Of a stretch of 64,000 bases of DNA, positions 58,899 through 64,000 are shown one piece after another. Position numbers and translations under genes: made by a program. The first letter of the stretch is position 1; each line of letters opens with the position of its first letter. Origin of the DNA: an uncultured bacterium (GTDB lineage Bacteria; Bacteroidota; Rhodothermia; Balneolales; DATFMH01); contig CAVQHI010000001.1 in assembly GCA_963712305.1 (NCBI GenBank), forward strand, positions 1,077,383 through 1,141,382, given 5' to 3'. The notes beneath the pieces were generated by a model. It was not told the origin of the DNA. It made no database searches and saw only the letters and a list, made by a program, of their open reading frames with translations.

Positions 58899-60485
58899 AT
58901 GCCCTATAAAGCTTTACTTCTTGATAATGTCGATGCTGTCTGCGAAAAAGTGTTCCGGGAACGGGGCTTTGAAGCAGTCAATGCTCCCAAATTAAAAGGT
59001 GAGGAACTCGTCAGTGAGATTGGCAAGTATGACGCCATCGTTGTCCGGAGTGCAACGAAAGTAACCCGCGACCTCATTAAAGCTGCACATAACCTGAAAG
59101 TGGTTGGCCGGGCCGGAGTCGGGGTAGATAATATTGATATTGAAGCGGCCACGGAAGCCGGTATCCTGGTTATGAATACGCCCGATGGCAACACGATTTC
59201 AACGGCGGAACACACATGCGGCATGATACTCGCACTTGCCCGCAACATTCCAAACGCCGTCGATTCCATTAAAAACAGCCGCTGGGACCGGAAAAAATAC
59301 ATGGGTACTGAGATTCATGGAAAGACACTGGGTATCATAGGATTAGGGAAAATCGGATCAGCCGTCGCCGAACGCATGAAAGCTTTTGGTGTAAATATTC
59401 TCGCTTTCGACCCATTTACCACCCATGAACGTGCGGCCGAGCTTGGCATTACACTCAAAGATCTTGACGAAGTTCTGGCTAATGCCGACTTCCTGACCGT
59501 TCATACACCGCTCACCGACCAAACACGCGGACTCATTTCGATGAAAAATGCCGGCAAATTGAAAAAGGGCGTTCGACTCGTTAACTGTGCCCGTGGCGGT
59601 ATCATTGAAGAAGCTGACATCCCTTCCCTGCTTGATGAGGGAATCGTTGGCGGCATAGCTGTCGATGTATATAGCCAGGAACCGCCATCCGACGAACTGT
59701 ATGCGACGTTGAAGGATCCACGCATCGTCAGTACTCCACACCTTGGCGCTTCCACGGAAGAAGCACAGGAAAAAGTGGCCGAACAAGTCGCCGAACAAAT
59801 TGCAGACGCCCTGGAACAAGTCGGATTCAAAGGCAGCCTGAATGGCAAATCCATCGCGTTGAGCACCAATCATGAAGTACAGCCATTCCTTAAGCTTGCT
59901 GAACAACTCGGCAAATTCGTGCGCCAGGTAGCCCCTGCACATACGAAACAACTCTCCATCGAGTATACAGGAACCTGCTCCAAGCATTCTGAAGTGTTGA
60001 CGGATTCGACACTCAAAGGATATCTTGATGGTCAGGTAGAAGATGTGAACCTGATTAATGCACGTTTCCTTGCCGAACATCGCGGATTGGCAATTCAGGA
60101 GACCACACAAAAATCAACCAAAACGTACTCTGATCTGATCACTATTTCGTTCAATGGTGCAGACACGCCATACAAGCGCATCTCCGCAACGCTCTACGGT
60201 GAAAAGGATTATCGTGTTGTCGAAATCGACAGTTTCCCGATCGAAATCAAACTCGAAGGCGAAATTATCATTTATAGGAATGTCGACCGCCCGGGTATGC
60301 TAGCGGCTGTCAGCGCGGCTCTTGCCAGCAACAAGATCAACATCGCAGCACTGAGCCTGGGTCGTAATCAAAAAGGATCCAATGCGATCACTGCTGTATC
60401 GGTAGACAAGAAACTAAGTGAGTCTGAGCTTGAACCTATTACCAAGCTGGAAGGTGTGGAGACAGTACGCTATATAAGTATCTGA
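58899..60485 (+). CDS. serA: D-3-phosphoglycerate dehydrogenase (long form with ASB and ACT domains)
   Basis: GIIGLGKIGSAVA NAD-binding motif, the catalytic region NCARGG...PHLGAST, and a C-terminal ACT-like domain. Confidence 0.95.
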   Translation: MPYKALLLDNVDAVCEKVFRERGFEAVNAPKLKGEELVSEIGKYDAIVVRSATKVTRDLIKAAHNLKVVGRAGVGVDNIDIEAATEAGILVMNTPDGNTISTAEHTCGMILALARNIPNAVDSIKNSRWDRKKYMGTEIHGKTLGIIGLGKIGSAVAERMKAFGVNILAFDPFTTHERAAELGITLKDLDEVLANADFLTVHTPLTDQTRGLISMKNAGKLKKGVRLVNCARGGIIEEADIPSLLDEGIVGGIAVDVYSQEPPSDELYATLKDPRIVSTPHLGASTEEAQEKVAEQVAEQIADALEQVGFKGSLNGKSIALSTNHEVQPFLKLAEQLGKFVRQVAPAHTKQLSIEYTGTCSKHSEVLTDSTLKGYLDGQVEDVNLINARFLAEHRGLAIQETTQKSTKTYSDLITISFNGADTPYKRISATLYGEKDYRVVEIDSFPIEIKLEGEIIIYRNVDRPGMLAAVSAALASNKINIAALSLGRNQKGSNAITAVSVDKKLSESELEPITKLEGVETVRYISI

Positions 60486-60509
60486 TAACTACGCCGCTTA
60501 TATATTTAA

Positions 60510-60541
60510 CCCCGGCAGAGAAATTCTGTCGGGTTTTTTTA
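60510..60541 (+). terminator. rho-independent terminator of serA
   Basis: Stem CCCGGCAG / CTGTCGGG (one G-U pair), 7-nt loop, T7 run. Confidence 0.85.
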
Positions 60542-60800
60542 TGTCCCGATGAGTTATCAGCACGTAACACAATGCTGGCTCGATATAAGCTCCTCCTATC
60601 GACATCTCATAGAATAGAACACTGATGCGGATTCACACTGACAAGAATTCTAATTAGCCCTAAGGCTGTCCAAAAGGCATCAGTGATAAAGCTGAAGCCT
60701 AATTTATTTAGGGGTTCTAATATATCACACTGGAAAACAACCCCCTTCTCCCCTTAGGGAATAGTGGATACATACTGGGTATAATTCACCGACTTCTCAA

Positions 60801-60929
60801 TGTCATTCCGATCCTGAAGTGTCGGGAAAGGAATCTATCCAGGCTGCGATCCAGGCATATATTCAGTACCATTTTTAGCGTTTCCGGACAGGTTGGATTT
60901 CTCGGTCCCGCAGCCTCGGGAAAATGACA
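60801..60929. repeat. MITE/REP-like imperfect inverted-repeat element
   Basis: The left arm (TGTCATTCCGATCCTGAAGTGTCGGGAAAGGAATC...) resembles the reverse complement of the right arm (TGTCATTTTCCCGAGGCTGCGGGACCGAGAAATCC...). The termini are of the TGTCATT / AATGACA type. Confidence 0.5.
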
Positions 60930-60997
60930 CTGGTGGGGTATTTTAATTGCTTCGAACGCTTATTCCGAACTCACCTTCATACCCCATCAGCAACCGG

Positions 60998-62704
60998 TTA
61001 CTGGTTTTCGACTTTCATTTTTGGTATGGCGGTCATTCCCTGCAGCAGCGTTGCAAATAAAACCACTCCGAGGCAGCCAATCACGTTAAGCCATAGAAAG
61101 GAAACCACATCCAATATATAAATGTAAATCACGACGCATTCCGTGATCAAGGCAGCCAGAAATACGGGGGTTGCCTTGATTTTTTTTACGTAAAATGCCA
61201 CTACAAAAACTCCCAGAATGGTGCCGTAAAATATCGATCCCAGGATATTTACCGCCTCGATAAGACTTCCCATCCTATGAGCAAACTGTGCAACCCCAAT
61301 ACAAAAGATACCCCAGCCCAATGTACACCACCGCGAAACATTCAGGTAGTGCTTGTCAGAGGCATTTTGCTTAAATAAACGTTTATAAATATCTACAATA
61401 GTCGTGGATGCCAGAGCATTCAGTGCAGATGAAATGGATCCCCACGCGGCCAGGAAGATAACGGCAATAAGCAGACCAATCAGCCCGTGAGGCAATTTAT
61501 TAAGTACGTAATAAAGAAAAATATAATTGGTATCATTCGTATCGGCTAACGGATCTGCTTTTTGGATCACCGCTTTTGCTTTATCCCGGATTTTATCACT
61601 TTGCTGCTGTGATTGTTCCAGTTCATTACTCCAATAGGTTTCCTGAGTGGCATCCATTTCATCCATAGCCTGAATCATATGATGCACCTGACTCTGTTTG
61701 GTAGCAGATAGTTGATCATATTGTTGCTGAACCTGCCTTAGTTCCCCGGCATAAGACGTTTCATAAACCTGCTCAATTTGTGCTTTATTAAACAAGACGG
61801 GAGAGTCATAGAACTGATAAAAAGCAAACAATAAAGCACCGATAAGCAATATCAAAAATTGCATCGGCACTTTTACAAAGCCATTCATCAGAAGCCCGGT
61901 ACGGCTTTCAGCTACCGAACGGCCGGTAAGATATCGCCCCACCTGCGACTGATCCGTTCCGAAATAGGACAGCGCCAGAAAGAAACCTCCTATAACACCG
62001 CTCCAGATGTTATACTTATCGTGCCAGTCAAAATCTGTTACGATCACATTCAGCTTACCCAATTTTCCCGATACGTGCAGCGCATCACTGAAACTCACAC
62101 CCGACGGTAACAGTTTCAATACCAGGAAACCTGCCAGAAACATGCCAGCTGAAATGATAAAAAATTGATGCTTCTGTGTATAAGCTACCGCTTTGGCACC
62201 GCCTGTCACGGTATAAATGATGAGCAATCCTCCCATAAAGATATTGGTCCAGTAAATATTCCATCCAAGCAGGGAAGACAAAATGATAGAAGGTGCATAA
62301 ATGCTGATGCCGGTAGCAAGTCCGCGCTGCAATAAAAAAAAGAACGAAGTGAGAACACGGGTTTTTACATCAAAACGACTTTCTAAAAATTCATAAGCGG
62401 TAAATACTTTCAGCTTGTGGAAAGCAGGAACAAAAGTGATGCACAGAACTACCATAGCAAGAGGCAATCCGAAATAATATTGTATAAAACGCATACCATC
62501 GGTGTAAGCCTGACCCGGACCGGATAGAAAAGTGACGGCACTAGCCTGTGTGCCCATTATGGAAAACAGGATCAAAAACCACGACATAGACCGGTTATCC
62601 AGGTAATAGGAATCCATGTCATGCTGTCCACGCCCACGGATCACACCATAGAGAATAATGCCGGCAAGAGTGACAACAAGGACTACCCAGTCAATAATGC
62701 TCAT
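60998..62704 (-). CDS. sodium:solute symporter family transporter with a ~90-aa helical insertion
   Basis: SSF-type polytopic protein. I prefer the ATG at 62704 (MSIIDWVVLVV...), which overlaps the stop of the upstream micro-ORF. A Q/E-rich insert spans ...ELRQVQQQYDQLSATKQ...QQSDKIRDKAKAV. Confidence 0.8.
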   Translation of the reverse strand: MSIIDWVVLVVTLAGIILYGVIRGRGQHDMDSYYLDNRSMSWFLILFSIMGTQASAVTFLSGPGQAYTDGMRFIQYYFGLPLAMVVLCITFVPAFHKLKVFTAYEFLESRFDVKTRVLTSFFFLLQRGLATGISIYAPSIILSSLLGWNIYWTNIFMGGLLIIYTVTGGAKAVAYTQKHQFFIISAGMFLAGFLVLKLLPSGVSFSDALHVSGKLGKLNVIVTDFDWHDKYNIWSGVIGGFFLALSYFGTDQSQVGRYLTGRSVAESRTGLLMNGFVKVPMQFLILLIGALLFAFYQFYDSPVLFNKAQIEQVYETSYAGELRQVQQQYDQLSATKQSQVHHMIQAMDEMDATQETYWSNELEQSQQQSDKIRDKAKAVIQKADPLADTNDTNYIFLYYVLNKLPHGLIGLLIAVIFLAAWGSISSALNALASTTIVDIYKRLFKQNASDKHYLNVSRWCTLGWGIFCIGVAQFAHRMGSLIEAVNILGSIFYGTILGVFVVAFYVKKIKATPVFLAALITECVVIYIYILDVVSFLWLNVIGCLGVVLFATLLQGMTAIPKMKVENQ

Positions 62705-62832
62705 GAGTAATAACCGGTGAATAGGTAAAAGAAAATAATTAGCGATATAAGCCAAATAAGAACAGCTGTATAAAACTTCCACCACGCACCAAACAGAGGA
62801 GGGCGTTCTTCTTTTGCAGGTCGTTTATTCAT
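62701..62832 (-). CDS. 43-aa single-TM micro-protein, translationally coupled to the symporter
   Basis: My own translation gives MNKRPAKEERPPLFGAWWKFYTAVLIWLISLIIFFYLFTGYYS*. Its TGA stop overlaps the symporter's ATG (ATGA). Confidence 0.5.
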   Translation of the reverse strand: MNKRPAKEERPPLFGAWWKFYTAVLIWLISLIIFFYLFTGYYS

Positions 62833-62974
62833 AGGCTTTTTATTTTCTGGTATATCTAATTAGACACAACTCATATCCATTAGTCAAAAGACAGAATACA
62901 GGAGTCCTCCTGACTTCTGACTCTTGTATTCTATATTCCTATAATCATGGCTCTAACATTAAAACTTGCAGTTA

Positions 62975-64000
62975 TTAATCTTTCTTCTTTGCGATAAGAT
63001 TTGCAAAGAAACGAAAAGCACCGGGAACACCGGCTGGTAACTCGCGAAAGAAATCGAGCCCGGTATAGACGTATTTCCCTTTTCCATAGTCGCATATAAT
63101 CAGCGAACCATCTAACGGAGATTCACCCGGATCATGCATGGACAAAGGCTTACGGTAATGTGAATCAACATCTCCGACAAAGTACACTCCTCTTTCCTGT
63201 ATCCATCCATCGAAATCTTTTTCCGAGAGCTTATTAGGTATATTAAGCACCGGATCATCGGGCAGCAGGAATTTGACATACGCCGTTTCATCGGTTACCC
63301 GGTTTGTGGTCACTTTAAACGGATAGGGTCCCAGGTCGTTGCTAACCAGCCCAAAATTTTTATTGTATTGCTCTACCAATGTACCACCGTTCTTTACAAA
63401 CTGCATGAGTCGGTCGTGCACCGATTTCAGCCGGATGCGCGTATTATAAGCCCGGATACCGACCACTATGGCATCAAATTGCTGCAACGTCGTGTAGCTC
63501 AGGTCATTATCGCTCAGCAATGTCACTTCATAGCCGATCTGCTGTAATGCCTGAGGTACTTTATCGCCGGCTCCCATGATATACCCTATATGATGTCCCG
63601 ATGTGACAAGCGGCACGGCAACCAACTTTGCTGCTGCAACTGGAAATACAGTGATAGCAGGGATATAATCATGATTGATCTCTTTTATCCCCCGGTCATA
63701 ATCTTTCCCATTTACCTTCAAATGAACCGTAAGTGATCCCCTTGAAGAGGATTGAATCGCCTGTGTGGGCATCACTGCGAAACGGATGACGGCTTTATCA
63801 CCGGTATGCTCCAATGAAAAAGGCTGGTCATTATTTTGAACAGAAAATCCAGCCGGCACGTCTAAGTGAACGATTCCTCTTACGTCCTCTTTGTAGCTCG
63901 CGATGTTTATTTCTATTTGCCGCGACTTTTGCGAGGTAAAGACATAAACTCCATTTTCAACATTGGCAGTTACTGGAGGTGCTACTGCCAGGGGATCCCG
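62975..64000 (-). CDS. C-terminal part of a large PIG-L/LmbE-family deacetylase-like protein (5' end off the window)
   Basis: The frame stays open from 64000 (RDPLAVAPPVTANVENG...). GYIMGAGDKVPQALQQIGYEVTLL...IVVGIRAYNT...YGKGKYVYTGLDFFRELPAGVPGAFRFFANLI matches my recollection of the C-terminal domain of Bacteroidota PIG-L family proteins. Confidence 0.55.
   Translation of the reverse strand, partial: RDPLAVAPPVTANVENGVYVFTSQKSRQIEINIASYKEDVRGIVHLDVPAGFSVQNNDQPFSLEHTGDKAVIRFAVMPTQAIQSSSRGSLTVHLKVNGKDYDRGIKEINHDYIPAITVFPVAAAKLVAVPLVTSGHHIGYIMGAGDKVPQALQQIGYEVTLLSDNDLSYTTLQQFDAIVVGIRAYNTRIRLKSVHDRLMQFVKNGGTLVEQYNKNFGLVSNDLGPYPFKVTTNRVTDETAYVKFLLPDDPVLNIPNKLSEKDFDGWIQERGVYFVGDVDSHYRKPLSMHDPGESPLDGSLIICDYGKGKYVYTGLDFFRELPAGVPGAFRFFANLIAKKKD

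Noticed and set aside
59358-60110. 250-aa minus-strand ORF
   Set aside because: It is antisense to serA and has no recognisable motifs.
1-64000. CRISPR arrays, tRNA/rRNA genes, prophage or restriction-modification/defence gene sets
   Set aside because: I scanned the intergenic regions by eye. I found no regularly spaced direct repeats, no cloverleaf-like or rRNA-like segments, and no integrase, capsid or methyltransferase ORFs.

Overview
This 64-kb chromosomal window is roughly mid-40s % G+C by eye. It looks like an FCB-group bacterium (Bacteroidota/Balneolota/Rhodothermota-like). That placement is low-confidence and rests on gene content plus the fact that all 9 predicted signal peptides are followed by Gln at +1.

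Most of the window is ordinary housekeeping: pcm, cysS, lgt, a phosphohexomutase, a DegT-type aminotransferase, hisS, galE, purF, engB and serA. It also carries a Na+-translocating methylmalonyl-CoA/oxaloacetate decarboxylase operon, several transporters, and a DsrE/TusE/DUF1641/SQR-like sulfur cluster.

The outstanding feature is an 18.7-kb minus-strand operon (14299-32967) of five exported proteins. In transcription order they are a 182-aa protein with six aromatic hexapeptide repeats, a 584-aa putative outer-membrane beta-barrel, a 4,030-aa giant modular protein, a 678-aa FN3-repeat protein and a 677-aa TPR protein. A 1.4-kb very AT-rich non-coding region lies upstream. I cannot assign this set to any described secretion, adhesin or motility system, so it is my best candidate for an undescribed cell-envelope or surface system.

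Other notable items:
- A RAYT/IS200-like Y1 transposase is flanked by REP-like hairpins, and one copy of the hairpin lies inside its own CDS.
- About 10 frameshifts are clustered in three adjacent genes (hisS, an M1 peptidase, a CPA1 antiporter), whereas the neighbouring 12-kb ORF is intact.
- An RsbW-like kinase-GNAT fusion is paired with an overlapping STAS gene.
- Several unannotated micro-ORFs are present.

I found no rRNA, tRNA or CRISPR array.
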